NCBI GenBank assembly: GCA_031835245.2
Contig: JAVKOQ020000013.1
Location: 186,001-250,000, forward strand
Source of the DNA: Balamuthia mandrillaris
Taxonomy: Eukaryota
Reading direction: 5' to 3'
DNA length: 64,000 nt
The notes under the pieces were generated by a model. The model did not search any database. It was not told the origin of the DNA and was given only the letters and a program-made list of their open reading frames with translations. Numbering within the stretch: position 1 is the stretch's first letter; every line of letters starts with the position of its first letter. The position numbers and the translations under genes were made by a program. Shown here piece by piece: positions 46,189 to 59,278 of the stretch.

Positions 46189-48801
46189 TTACATTGGATA
46201 CTTTCGGGAAAGGCGGCGGCCGTAGCTCTCCCAACCGGCCAACGCGGCGGCGTTGTCAGAGATGAACGCCGTCAATGCGGGCAAAGCCTGCGCAATCAGA
46301 TGCTCCATGACGCTCTCGTGCCGTCTATCGTGCCCTTTGGCCTTGTTGTGCGCCAGCTCGTGGCAGAACGTGGTGAACCAGAAGCTCAGCATCTGCGTTG
46401 GAGAGGCGGGGGGTTCTTCGCGGGCCTGTGGTGGTTTCGTTTTGCTGGACAGCAAGCCTTCAAAGTACCGCAGGTTGAAGAAGAGGTTGTGCCCCAGGTT
46501 GAAAGCCACGCAGCGGCTGTCCTCCCACAGGATGGAGAGCAAAACGGAGGAAGGCAGGCCCAACACGTGTTGAGCCAAGTCTCGAAGCATTCCAGCAAAT
46601 AACCACAACTCACGGCTTGCCTTCAACGCGTTGTGACGGTTGGTGCTGATAAGGTTCTGGTCGAATAGCATGGCTTGCAATGGATGAAGAGAGCTTAGCT
46701 CTGAGGTCTGAGGCTTTTCCACGTAGAGAGGGCAGCCAAGAATGCGGAGGTCAGTCTTGAGGAGAGTGGAGAGGTCCCGCTCATCTTGTCGTGAGCCACC
46801 GCAGTGAGACTCAACCTCTTCCTTGCGAGGCTCTCGAAGGAGGAGACGAGAAGTAGAGGCTCCTCCAGAGGCAGAGGCGGTGGCTGAGAGACATTCTCGG
46901 AGATCTCGCTGCATGTACTCTAGGGCGCTATCAGCCAAGCCACGACCGCCGCCTCCTTCTTCTTGTGGTAGATTGCTGTCATGAATGTGTTGAGGAGAAG
47001 TCCTGCCGTCTCCTCCGTCGTCGAACGGAGTAGCAGCGAGAATGGAGGAAGGAGAACGGGGTGAAGAAGGTGAAGGGGGTGAAAAGAAAGAGGAAGAGCC
47101 ACCGGCTGAGGAAGAAGAAGAGGCTAAAGAGGGATGGTGCTCTGTAAGTTTGTTGATGGGAGAGGAGGGCATGTCGTCTTTGTAAATGCGACCAAAGGTT
47201 CGTCGACGAATGAACCTTTCAACCGATTTGCGAGCAGACATGTCCAAGGTCTGAAGGAGCTCGTCCACAAGCACGTCACGCAAGCAACCGCAGTTGGTTC
47301 CACTGCAATGAAAGCCTGGGTCTTCTTCCTGCAGCTTCTTGTGAACCGAATCAGGACCCATGCAACGATCGTCGATGATATAAAACGTGCATTCCTTCTG
47401 CTCCTTCTCCAAAACAACTTTCAACGGGGTCAGCCGCCGTCCGTTCTGTGCTTCTGTGGGAAACTCCTTAAACCGAACTTGATAGCCGGTGATGTGCACA
47501 GGGGCAAAGAGCTCGGTGACCATACCCTTGATGCTAGCTGCAAGAGCGGCCAACGCTCCTCCAGCCTCCAAAGGGATCAACGGACAGGTGTAAGGTGGCG
47601 GTGCTTCGGTGGTTGGATCGATGTACTCGGGCAAAGCGAGAATCGCTTTGGAGTGACGCTGCCAGAAGCGGTCCAGCGTAGGGCACTCGTCGGGGCAGAG
47701 TTCGTACAAGAAAGCAAAGAGGAGATCGCTGAGGGGGACTAGTTGCGCGCCAAGCATGCGGGCCTCGTCTTTGCGGTTCTCGTTGGTATTGCTGTTTTCT
47801 GGGCTGGTTGGTACGGCGTTCTCTCCATGCAAGGAGAGGAAACGCTGCAATAGGTAGCGAGCCATGGCTCTTTGGTCTCTCTGGCTGGTCGTCGTGGCTC
47901 TGGCGGTTGCAAAGCAATAGCGGAAACGGGAGGAGGCTTCCTTGTGGTTAAGAAAATCGTAGACCGCGGCCAAGGCTGCCTCCATGACCTCTGGTGGGTT
48001 CAACCTGAATGATTCTGGAGCGAAGAGACTGCATAGCAAGTGGCCTACCAGGCCTTGCACGTCTAGGCTGTCCCTGTCTCTGCCTAGCTTGAAAGGTAGG
48101 CCTGAGGCGACGAGGTTCAGACCCAAGCCGTGCAAGGAGGCTGTTTCCTCCTGGACAAAGATGCCATGCACAAAGACTTGGCCGTGGAAAGTAGAATCCA
48201 ACAAGAGGTTCAACCCTCTGTAGCCTCTGCATTGCAGTGGAGTTGCTGTTGGCGAATCCCTTGTTGATGATGAAGATGAAGGGGAGGAAGGTGGTGACGA
48301 GGCGAGGAAGAGAAAGTGCAGAGGGTTGAAGGAAGAGGATGGAAGGCCCAGCAACTCTACGAGGGTGTGAAGGGGTCCCACGGGACTAACGCTGCTCCCA
48401 GAGTGGCCGTTTTGGTGATGAAAGCGAACGGCCAGCTCTTGGACGGGGTTGGAAGAGGTGGCTTCCGCGTTGGTGGCGTGAAAGAACTCCCAACGGCAGC
48501 CAGCGGTCCAGTAGCGCACATCTACCCCCGAGGCCACCAAGCGGTTGATCTCCACTTTGACTCCTTCTCCAAAGAATCCTGCCTGGCCCTCGTCATCTCT
48601 CTGTTTGTTTGTTCGTTTTTGTTTTGGGGGAAACACGTAAGAAAACGTTCATGAATGGTACAGAAGAACGAAGAAGGAGAGAGAACAAGGAGATGAAACA
48701 AGAAGAAGAAGAAGAAGAACAAGAAGAAGAAGAAGAAGAAGAAGAAGAAGAAGAACAAGAACAAGAACAAGAACAAGAACAAGAAGAAGAAGAAGAAGAA
48801 G

Positions 48802-48886
<85 letters not shown>

Positions 48887-49560
48887 TAAGACAACAACAA
48901 CAACAACAACAACATAAGACAACATAAGACAACATAAGACAACATAAGACAACATAAGACAACAACAACAATAACAACAAGAACAAAGCAGAAGAAGAAC
49001 AAGAAGAACGAAGAACGAAGAGGAGAGAACGAGAAGATGAGCCAACAAGAAGAAGAACGAAGAAAAGAGAGAAAGACAGGTACCTTGGTGGAGTGTCCCA
49101 AGGTCAAGATATGTGGTCCCAAGCGGGTGGCATAGTTGCACAGCCTAAGACACACGCGCTCCTGCTGATCGCCCGAGGTGCCTGCCGCATGACAGACCAG
49201 CCAGCCCAACACCAGCTCCCTGCAGCCAAACACCCAACCCTTCCAGCCCGGCCCGCTCGCTGTGGCCATTCGAAGATGGGCCTCCACCACAGAGGAGGAG
49301 GAGCACGCCTCTTCTTCTTCTTTCACACGTCCCTCTCCGTCCAGCAGGAGGAGCAGGCGGGCCTGCTTGGTGATCTGGTCCCGCCAGTTTTGGAGGTGCT
49401 CCCGCACGGAGGGCTGCTGGTGGCTGACGTAGTGAATGGAGAGGTTGAGGTTCTTGACGGCCCCGTCGGCCGGGACAGGGGTGGCCTCCTCCTGCTCGCG
49501 CCCCCTGAAATGGGAGAGCCCGGCCGGCAAGGAGCGAACCCATTCCACCCAACTCGCCAT
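46189..49560 (-). CDS. GHKL (Hsp90/MORC/sacsin-type) ATPase-like N-terminus plus C-terminal HExxH zincin-like domain; one intron 48601-49083; about 962 aa
   Basis: VREHLQNWRD, LCNY, LTLGHSTK/RDDEGQAGFFGEGVK, GQVFVHGIFV, KLGRDR; VAFN..NLFFNLRYF, FCHELAHNKAKGHDRRH. Confidence 0.75.
48690..49030. repeat. Compound intronic microsatellite: (GAA)n, (GAACAA)n, (CAA)n and (AACATAAGAC)x5 at 48911-48960
   Basis: Read directly. Confidence 0.92.
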
Positions 49561-49834
49561 CCCAATATTTTTTTAAAAAGCGTAAACTTTCTTCTCCCTC
49601 TCTCTCCCCCCCTTGTGAGTGGTTTTCTCCTCGTCAACCTCCACCAACTGTTCCTTGCTTCCTTGGAGAAAGAAGACAAGGGTTACCCTTTGGTAACGCC
49701 GTTTCAGTTTGATATAATTTTTTTTGTTTTCTTTTTTTTCCTTAAAAAAACAAATTTTTTCTTTTCGTTTCAAAAAATCGAAATCTTGGCGAAGTTTCTT
49801 GGAAAAAGTGTGATGTCGATGATAAATGTTATTT

Positions 49835-49855
49835 TGTCGACATTAAATGTCGACA
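49835..49855. promoter_or_regulatory. 21-bp inverted repeat TGTCGACATT-A-AATGTCGACA upstream of the GHKL gene
   Basis: Perfect 10-bp arms, each containing the recurrent GTCGAC motif; a regulatory role is inferred. Confidence 0.45.
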
Positions 49856-49915
49856 GAGAGGAGAGCGGAGAGCGGAGAGTGGAGAGCGGAGAAGAGAGAA
49901 GGAGAACGAAGGCGG

Positions 49916-52900
49916 TTACAAGGAGCCGTAGCGAGCTTTGAAGAAGAGGCGGAGCTTGTCCTCGGCGGCGCGAGAGTTGCCGGGAAGCTTCTGCATGCTC
50001 TGTAACAGGAACTCTAGGTCCTCGTTCAGCCTTTTGATGTTAAGGTTAGATGTTTTTCTTCAAATAGAGCGGAAAAAAAGATGAAGATACCTTTTTACTC
50101 CAGCAGGTGTCAACGTGCTCAACTTGGACCAAGAAGCTATCAAGCGATTTTGAAAGAGGTCCACGATGTCATTAAACATATCCTCCACATCTTGTGGCGG
50201 TAATATGTTGGTCAACACTCTTTGCAAAGTCGAGGTTTCCTTCATGAGCGCTTTCATATACTCGCTTACGCCTCCCTTCTTTGCTGAAGACGGATCATTC
50301 AAGTCTGTTTTCTGTTTTGTTTTTTAATGAAACACAAAAAAAAGTAAGAATCAATAGAGAGAAACACGAAAGAGCAGAGAGGAAAGAAGGTACCAGTAAC
50401 GTTCTACAATGAACTTCCAACCGTTCTCTCATGATAGAGGTCAACTTGGCAAAAATCTCTTTGCGATGCGCCTCACAATCCTTTTGAAAGAATTTGAATA
50501 AGAATGGTTCTTTTTTTTTTTCCGAAAAAAAAAATGACTACGGAGGAACGAGGGAAAGAGAAGAGAACGAGCAGAGAAGAAGGGAGTTCAAACCAATCGT
50601 ATCCGATCCATGTCGCTTAGCAGAATATGTTTTCTGGGTGGGAGACTGTCTCTCAATCGCTCTTTTAGATAAGGGATCAAGTTCATTTCTAACGCTATAC
50701 ATTCTGCAGATAATGCTATTTTTTTTGTGTGTGTGTGTGTGTTGCCGTTTAAAATGGATTAAATGTGAGAGAGAGAGAGAGAGGAAAGAAGAGAGCAAAA
50801 AGTTGGGTTACCTAAATGTTTAGCAGTGATGCTTTTCAGTTGAGCAACCTGCATGGCTCCAGCTCCCAAAACAAGTCCACAGGTCCTGGAGTTGAACATC
50901 TGCAATAGGCTCGCTAGCTTTTGCAACAGATCCATCGAGAGCACTGGAAGCTCGTCCAAGCAGGCCATGTACTCCCATACCGTTTTCAGCAGCATCAATG
51001 CAGCGTTGACGAGAGTGTAACGCCTCTCCCCGAGCTGTAAAGTGGGGGACATACCTTGGTCTTTGGTTAAGCTTGCGAGCTTGGAGAAGCTTTGACTTCT
51101 TCGGGTCTTTCGTTTTGTCCTTTCCTCCCGTTGGGTTTGGGTCTCGGATATTGGTTGTTCTTCGTGTTCGTTGTTTTGGAAAGAAGCCGCAACAGATTGG
51201 CTTCGTGTAAGGCGTTGATTTTTTTCTGTGCCGTCTTCCTCGCCTGAAAAGGAGACTTTTCTGGAAGAAGCTGCAGAAGCAGAAAGATTGCCACTGCTAC
51301 TATTTCGATGAAGAGAAGAACCTCTGGACGGAGAATATACAATCTGTTCCCTCTCTCCTCGTTTGTTGTTGTTGTTGTTGTTGCTGTTGCTGTTGCTGTT
51401 GCTTGGAGGTGTATCTCCTTCGAAGAAATTGTAAGCTTGCATTTGAGTTTGTTGTACAATCTTCTTCATCTTGCCAAAAGAGGCACCCAATCCTCTTAGC
51501 AGCTGTTGTTGCGATCCCATCGCTTCTTCCGAGGGAATATCCGAAGAAGAAATAGCATGCGATCCTCCTTTTCTTCTTTTTTGTTTGCCTTTCGTCTTTA
51601 TGAATTCGGGGCGAGTCACTTCGGAGGAATGCCGCGGACGAGGAACTGGTGAGGTCGTCTCCTCGTTAAGGCTTCCCCCATTCAGTTTTTCGTGGAACTC
51701 CTTGAAGATTTGTTCTTTGTTAGGTCGTTCTGGTCCTTCTTCTTGTGATATTTCTTCCTTCGGCACTGTTGTCGTTGTGACATTGTTGCCCATTTCTTCA
51801 TCGCTCTCCTTTTTCTCTTCTGCAGCTGAAGATTCTTCTTCGTCCTGATTTGCTTCCTTTTCATCCATCGAACTGGTCTCAATCGCAGCTATGCTATAGC
51901 TTCGGTCTTTATCTACTCTTTCCTTTCCTCCTCTTCCTCCTTCTCCAAGTGCAACCAATTCATCAGCGATAAGCTGAAACTCGGCAGCTACTTGAGCTTG
52001 TGTCCAGTTCTCTCCTTCTAAAATCAACGCCATGCTTGCATATCTGTTCTGATGGAACGTCTCCAAAAAGCCTCTTGACTGATGGTGTTTAAAAAGAAAA
52101 AAGTTGTCAAAAAAAGTTGAGAGAGAGAGAGAGATACAAACCTGAGCTAATAAAGCTCCGCGAAGGCCATAACATTGCTTCCGGCACAAATACTCGCTTT
52201 GCCGAACGAAGCGCATGCAACATCGATAGAATCGCACAAACTCTGAGAGACTGAACTTCGCATTGATGGCGGATCTATTCTTGAGGACTGTCGCTGCTTT
52301 CACGTGCATTAGCTCACACACAGAGCTCAAAAGATCAAGGCTGTCGTTCATGATTTGATTGCGATAACTCTCTTTGACGACGGCAGAATTCGTCACCATC
52401 ATGCTATTATCGGAACGAGGAGAAGAAGAACGCGGAGAAGAAGAAGAAGGAGAGGACGACGACGAAGAAGAGTCGCTTGAATCTTGAGTTTGAGAGTTGT
52501 GTTTTTGAGCAGCTCTATCTGTTAGAACAGCAAAGAGAAGCTCGTGCACGAAGGAAGCACGTGCTAATCCACGCATTAGACCGCGAAAAACAGCGGTCAA
52601 TAGCTTGAAAAAGTCTTCTATTTCGAGATTCTGCAGTTTCTCTTCGATAACAGAGTCTTGCTGCTTTTCTTCAGCAGGCAACAACAATCTGCGATACAGT
52701 ATCTGCAACAAAAACAAACATAACAAAACAAAACAAAACAAACAAAAAACAAAGAAATATGAAAAAAATATCAAAGGTTAGAATAAAGTGAAAGGGCAAG
52801 AGAACGCAAAACCATGAAAGAGGTAAAATACCCGGTTTACTCGCGTCTCTACTTCAAGCTGTGCCTGTTTGCGGTACCCTTGGAAGGCTTGTCTAATCTT

Positions 52901-54014
52901 TCCTAGCCGCAGCAATCCAATGATCAACGGCACCAGTTTTTCCTCCAAACCACTTTCAGCCAGAGCTTGCATGCCATCGCCAGAAACCAACTCTTCTTTT
53001 GCATTTTCTTGTTCTTCGTTTGTGTCTTCATTATGCGCCTGACCTGTAACATTTTCTTGAGAGGGTGGTTCTCTTTCTTCTTCTGCTTCCTCTTGGCCGA
53101 TGGCTAATCGTATGAACTCGTTCTGAATCATTTTTTGAATGGTGGTTGTCGTTTCCTCCAATTGAGCAGTCGTATGTCTGATAACAAGGAAAGTGAGAAA
53201 GAAATTGCACACAATGGAAAAAAAACGAGAAATACTTGAAAGCTCGTATGCCGCTGAGTTCAGTAGAAAGCATGGTTTGAGTGGCGTTGATGAGATCAAG
53301 AGCGCTGGCATAGTCTGAATTGGCCAGCAACAATTGAATTGTGGGTTGGGCTTGACGCACTTTATTGATCAGTTTCAGCTGGATTTGCTTGAGTTAGTAC
53401 ATGAACAACAGAACAAGAAGCATAAGATAACAAAAAGGAAGAAAGCAGGAAGAGAATTACTTTTTTGTACACCAATACTTCATTGTAGCGTCGTTTTGTA
53501 CCAGCAGTAATTTTAAGAGTCTGTTTGGTTCCTCGCTCGTCCACGTTGGCTAGGTACTGTCGAATTGCCTTTATTTTATCACATGTATTCTTTATTTCAT
53601 CGTGGAGGTCCTATTCATATCACCAAAAATGCATCTACAGTTAGCTGAGAGAGAGAGAGAGAGAGAGAGCAGAAAGAGAGATTCGAGAAGTTAACGAGAC
53701 CAACCTGAAGGTTGGTAAGAGCAGCAAAGAAAGATTGCGAACGCGTTGATATTTGCTTCACCAATTCTACTTCCACCACATCGAGATAATGTGCCAACTT
53801 GTTATAATGAAAAGCACAAGAACAAACAAAAAACGTGAATAAAACGATAAGCATCATTGAACCTTGAAAGTATAAGGACCTTGCTCTGCAAAAGAATGTT
53901 GCTGCTGGATGGAGAGGAAAGACCGGTGGCATTTTCAAACGTATCAGGGTTTTCCAGATTGAACTTCTCGTCAAAGAAGAGCTGCAAAAGAAGCAGATGA
54001 GAGCGCTCAGCAAA

Positions 54015-54047
<33 letters not shown>

Positions 54048-54368
54048 GATAATTGCAAAAGAGAGAGAAGAAGATGGTAGGTGCGTACATCTGGCACTGC
54101 CTCGACTACCAATTTTTCGTCTTGCTCTTGGGTAGACGTACAAAAAGTAACGTTTAGCAAAGTGAAGGAAGAACGGAGAAGGGAACAAGAGAACTGGGAG
54201 CGGCACCAGTGGGAAAACGAGAGAAGAGAAATAGAGGAACAAAAGCGAGAAAAAGAGCCAGGAAAGAGAAAAGGGGGGAGAGGGAGGAAAAAAACCAGTA
54301 CTAGCAGTAGCTTCCTCCTCAATAGCAAGCAACTCTCTTCTCCTTGCCAACAAGTCATATGCCTATTT

Positions 54369-54412
<44 letters not shown>

Positions 54413-54954
54413 GAGGAGAGAGAGAGAGGAGAGAAAGAGAGGAAGAGAAGAGAGGAAGAGAGAGGAAGAGAGGGAGGGAGAGAGAAGAGAGTGGAGAGAA
54501 GAAAGTGACCACTTGCTTTGTTTTAAAGACAAACAAAGAAATAAAAAGGACAAACCTTTGTAATCTCTGCAAAGTAATCATCAAATTCAGAAAGCTTCAC
54601 AGGAGGAAGGCCAGGAGCGTTGCCCACCACAAAGTCAGCCTTCCAGTTGGACTTGGTAACTATGCGGTTAGAAGGGTCGTTCAGCACGGCGCTGATGCTT
54701 CGCAGCTTCCAACTTTTCACTATCGACTCTTCCGAGGGAGACGAAGCTGCAGTGCTCCCCTCCTCATCTTTGCGTTTGGATTGCTGCTGTTGCTCCTCCG
54801 AGTCTGATTTCGATTTCTTCTGCTCCCTGTAGCTTGCTGCTGGGTTGGTGCTTGTTGTTGTTGTGAAGAGGGCCTCTTTGTTTTCTTCTTCGTCCTCCTC
54901 CTCCTCTACCTGCTTCTTGGTGGCCTTGTGTTTGCTGGAGATGAGAATCTCCAT
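49916..54954 (-). CDS. VPS54: GARP complex subunit Vps54; multi-exon
   Basis: ISAVLNDP, KLAHYLDVVEVELVKQISTRSQSFFAAL, ENWTQA, FNSRTCGLVLGAGAMQVAQLKSITAKHLAL. Confidence 0.92.
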
Positions 54955-55333
54955 CTCTTTTTCTTTTTTCTCTCTTTTTTTTTTTTCTTTCACTCCAAAT
55001 TTTTTTGTTTTTTGGCTGCTCTCCTGTCCTCGCTCTTGTCTTGTTGCTTCTCTCATATCCTCTCTCGTGTCTGATTGGTTCTCTCATATCCTCTCTCCTA
55101 TACCTATTCCTGTCCTGTTGCTTCTCTCCTATCCTTGCTCACGTCCCCTCCCTCTCTCTCTTTTGCAGCAGAGAAGAGACGAGAGAAGAGAGAAGCAGAG
55201 AAGAGAGAAATAGAGGAGAGAGAGTAGCATAACTCTCTAAGAAGTGGGTTCAAACAAATGGGAAGAACATTGCTTCTCTTTGTTATAAGTCTAGTATGGC
55301 ACGGGAAGGGACATCTGCAACGTTTTTTTTTTT

Positions 55334-56218
55334 TCAATCAGCACGGGTCTTGGAAGAACTTCTCAACCGGGCAATCTCCTCTTCGTTTCTCTTCAGCCTC
55401 TCGTCCTCTTCGATTTTGTGACGAACCACGAGCACGCTGCACGGCGCGTTCAACGCAATGTGCTCACTCACAGACCCTATCAGAATCCTTCCAAGTGTGC
55501 CCAGCCCTCTGTACAGCAACCACCGTTGAGTCCCAAATAGAACGAGCACAGAACAGAGAGCAGAGAGGAGAGAGGAGAGAGGAGAGAGGAGAGAGGAGAG
55601 AGCAGAGAGCAGAGAGAGAGAGCAGAGAGCAGAGAGCAGAGAGAGCAGAGAGCAGAGAGCAGAGAGCAGAGAGCAGAGAGCACAGAACAGAGAGCAGAGA
55701 GGAGAGAGGAGAGAGGAGAGAGGAGAGAGGAGAGAGCAGAGAGCAGGAAGAATGTTGAGGAGAAGAGAAACAGCAAAAAAGGCGAGAGGTGCAAACCGTG
55801 AACCCAAAACGATGACATCAATGTTCAGCTCCTCCGCCAGCTCCAAGATCTTATCCCGAGCAGGCCCCACTGAAAGAATGGTACTGTGCTTGATCTATGG
55901 CCATTTCATCAGCCAAAACAAAACAAACAAGTGGTGCACAAAAAAAACAGTAATACGTACTTCACGTTCGTTCAGCAGCTTGGCCGCCTGTTTGAGCAGA
56001 GCCTCGGCCTGGGAGTGAAGGTCCAGGTTGGCCCTCTTCAGGGTGTCGGCGGCGAACATGGCAATGTCCTCGTCGAGCACGTCCGAGCCGCTCACCTCCT
56101 CCACCACCGTCAGCACGAAGACGTGGCTCTGCTCCTTGCGCTTGCCGGCAAGCTCGCAGGTCTTCTTGAAGGCCTCGCTGGCGCCCACGGAGCCGTCCAC
56201 CGCTACCAAATATTTCAT
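55334..56218 (-). CDS. Universal stress protein (UspA family); 2 introns
   Basis: YLVAVDGS, GPARDKI, DVIVLGSRGLG, LIGSVSEH, APCSVLVV. Confidence 0.92.
55545..55748. repeat. (AGAGC/AGAGG)n degenerate repeat in a USP intron
   Basis: Read directly. Confidence 0.85.
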
Positions 56219-56592
56219 TGCTTCTCTGTCGTGCAGTGGGGTGCTATACTTATTTATGTTAACTTTTCTTTTTTTTGGTCGTCGAAAAGTTTTTTCGTTG
56301 TCGTCAAAAAATCAAACAACGCGTGCGATTGGTGAAACAAGGAATGAATTCGTTGAAATGGAGCGGACACCCGATGGAAATTCTATTGAAACGAAGCAGA
56401 AGGGCATGATATGGCAGAGACGCCAGCTATCTGGCACCCATGCACAATCGGCGGCAAAATTCCGGCGGAATGGTTTGCATTTTTGAGCTCAGACGCCATG
56501 CGCCAGGCGTTTGGCGTTATTTTAGTGTCGGCAAAAAATGAGAAGAAAGGGAATAGAAAGAAAGAAAAAGAAAGATAAGGAACGGAGAGACA

Positions 56593-57467
56593 ATGGGAAG
56601 CGTGCTGAGCACCTGCATACCCAAAGCGCAGGACCCTGGTCTGGACCATGAGTTTCCGGAAGAACACAACGTGGAGACCAAGGTTCACACGGCACCGTCT
56701 TCTGGATTGGCGCTGGGGGGTGCAACTCCCACCACTTCTATGAACACCGCTGCTGTCCCTCCCTCGTTTTCTTCTTCTTCTTCTTCTTCCTCATCTTTGG
56801 CATCCAAAGGAGTAGGAGCAGGAACCAACACACCTTTTGCGCTGCCTGGCGGAGCTTCACCCCACACCACCATTCGGGAAAGCGTTGCAGCCTCAACAAA
56901 GGTTTTTTTTTCTGTCTCTTTCATCATTTTTTTCCTACTTTTCTCACATTTTTTTCTTCCTCTTCAGAATGAGCACCACTATCCTTCTCCTTCTCCTTCT
57001 TCCTCATATGCTTCCTTTTCTGCTCCTGCTTCTTCTGCACAACCCCTGCCCTCTTCCACACATTCCCTCCGAAAAGAAACGCCTTCTTCGCCCTCTGCTC
57101 TGCCCAGCACAAAAAACAAAGAGGAGGAAGTGGTGGAGGAGATCGACTATTTCGAGGGCATGGAGCCCACCCTCGTCAAACCGAAAATCATCACTCCCGC
57201 CGCCCTGCCGTCCGCACAGACTTCTTCTCGTCTGTCTCTTGTAGAACCTTCATGGGTTTGTCTTTCTCTTATGTTTTTTTTTTCGTTTGGTTTCCTTATC
57301 TTACATTCACTTTGCATTTGACAACGTCTCGCTTCTCCACTTCTCCGCTTCTCTGCTTCTCTGCTTCTTGTTCTCTCCTCTCTCTTCTCTTCTCGCTTCT
57401 CTGCTTCTCTCTTCTTTACCCAAAGGATGAAGCCGAGGATGGGGGTTGGGGTGACGAGGACGACTAA
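56593..57467 (+). CDS. Small, probably lipid-anchored low-complexity protein, EBAG9/RCAS1-like; 2 introns
   Basis: MGSVLSTC (myristoylation/palmitoylation-like), IDYFEGMEPT, SSRL, GWGDEDD*; resemblance to the EBAG9 DYF..M.P motif is from recall. Confidence 0.5.
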
Positions 57468-57726
57468 AGCACAACAGCACCTGCAAAAACATAGGAAGAG
57501 AAAGAGAGAGAACACAGAAAAGAAAAGAGAGACAAAAACAAAGAATCATTTTTTTTTGGTAGCTTTGTTATTTTTCAACCAAAAAAAAAAGGTGTTAAAC
57601 AAAAAAACAAATAATAGTCCCGTTTACAACAAACACAACTTTGAAGGAGAGAAGAACAAAGCAAAGGAGGAGGCAAATGTGAGGAGAGAGAACAAAGAAA
57701 AAGAAGAGAAAGAGAAAAGGCTGTCT

Positions 57727-58625
57727 TTAAGCAAGAAGTTGCTTGATGTGGGCGGGTGTCTCCGGATCGTTGAGATGCTTTGTGGTGAATCGAAGGGCGT
57801 TGAGAAGGCCAGCAGAGGGGGACGTGCCAGAAGAAGATGAAGCTCCGGTGAAATTCTTCAACACAGAAATACAACCTCTCATCTAAAAGGAAGGAGCGAG
57901 AGAGAGAAACCAGGTGTTGGCATGAGAGAAGAAAACAAGAGAGAAGATGAAGGAGAGGGAATGTACATTGATGGGAGATTTCTTATGGAATGCTCCCTGT
58001 TGGTGGAGGTGGTCAAACAAGATGATGGCTCCCGTCATGGCTCGCAGGCAGAACAGGTTTGTTGTTTCACTTGAAAACCTAATTTATAAAAGAAAAAATG
58101 ATTAGCCAATAAAGTAACAAAACCAAACTGCAGGAGAGAGAGAGAGAAGCAAAGACAAATACTTTTTGATCTCCACCATGTGTTGGCAAACATTGGCCAT
58201 AGTGGCAAGGGCATCAGTCACGTTCTCCCTTGGGACGGAGGAGTCTTCCCTAAGAAAATTGACGGTGGTTTCGCTCAAGGCGTTCATCATGGGAGTTGGG
58301 TAGGCAAAGAACAGAGACATCCTGTTGGCGAGCTCATCGCGGATGGTGAGGTTGGTGTCCTTCTTGGACAACTTCATCCTGTTGAGAGTCCTGCGGTAGT
58401 AGGAGAAATCGTTCTGGATGGCGGGGTTAACCATTTTGGCGTCATCAAAGCGGAGTACAAAGTCAAAGACGTCAGCCAGTTGCTTGGCGAGGGCTTCTTG
58501 GCTGGCGAGGCTTTCCTTGGGAGAAGACTTGCAGAGAGCAAGCAACAGCTTTGGGAAAGACTCCTCTGTAATAAAAAGATGTTGTAAGCACAAGAATAAT
58601 AATGAACTCCGGCTCCGCAAGAGAG

Positions 58626-58656
<31 letters not shown>

Positions 58657-59278
58657 AATGGTTACCGAGCTCAAGAGAAAAGTCATAAAACTCTTTCAGC
58701 TGATCTACAGCAGGCAGCACAGCGTTCCAAGCAGCGTCTTCATTCTCAGGGCCAGGTGTGGTGATAGCCTGTTTAAAGATAAAAGAACTCCGCTTAGTTG
58801 CGGTGCTCCTCAATTGACTCATAAGATCCCTCTTTCGCTTGTTTTTTCTCCGTCCACAATAACTTTCTTCCTCTAATTTTCCCCCTTCCTCCTTCTCTTT
58901 GAACCGCTTTTTGTTTTTGATAAGCTTCATCATTGATGAATAGTTAGGTACCTTGCGAATGTAATCCTCGCAGCCGGGATAGCTAGTAAGCTGCTCCAAG
59001 ATTTCGGGACCCCTGTTCAAAACAGCAGCCACCGCGGCGTGGATCTCTCTTTCTTCCTCGCTTTGGGGCTCCGCTCCTGATTGCCACAAACAACAAAAAA
59101 AAAAACAATAACAAATCGACTCGTCAAAATCAATTTCCCGTTGCTTAGTGGAACAAAACAACAATCGACAAAACTTGGTGAAGGAAGAAGAGGGGAAAAG
59201 ATTGAAACCTTCAAAATTGAGTATAATATCTACACTTTTGCTGCTGTTCTGGTTAATAAGGCTCATAAGCGCTCCCAT
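57727..59278 (-). CDS. CYRI: CYRI/FAM49 Rac1 interactor; 5 introns
   Basis: MG N-terminus, [44 protein letters not shown]. Confidence 0.95.

Noticed and set aside
48911..48960. Regular 10-bp repeats as a possible CRISPR-like array
   Set aside because: No spacers; an intronic minisatellite derived from (CAA)n; no cas genes
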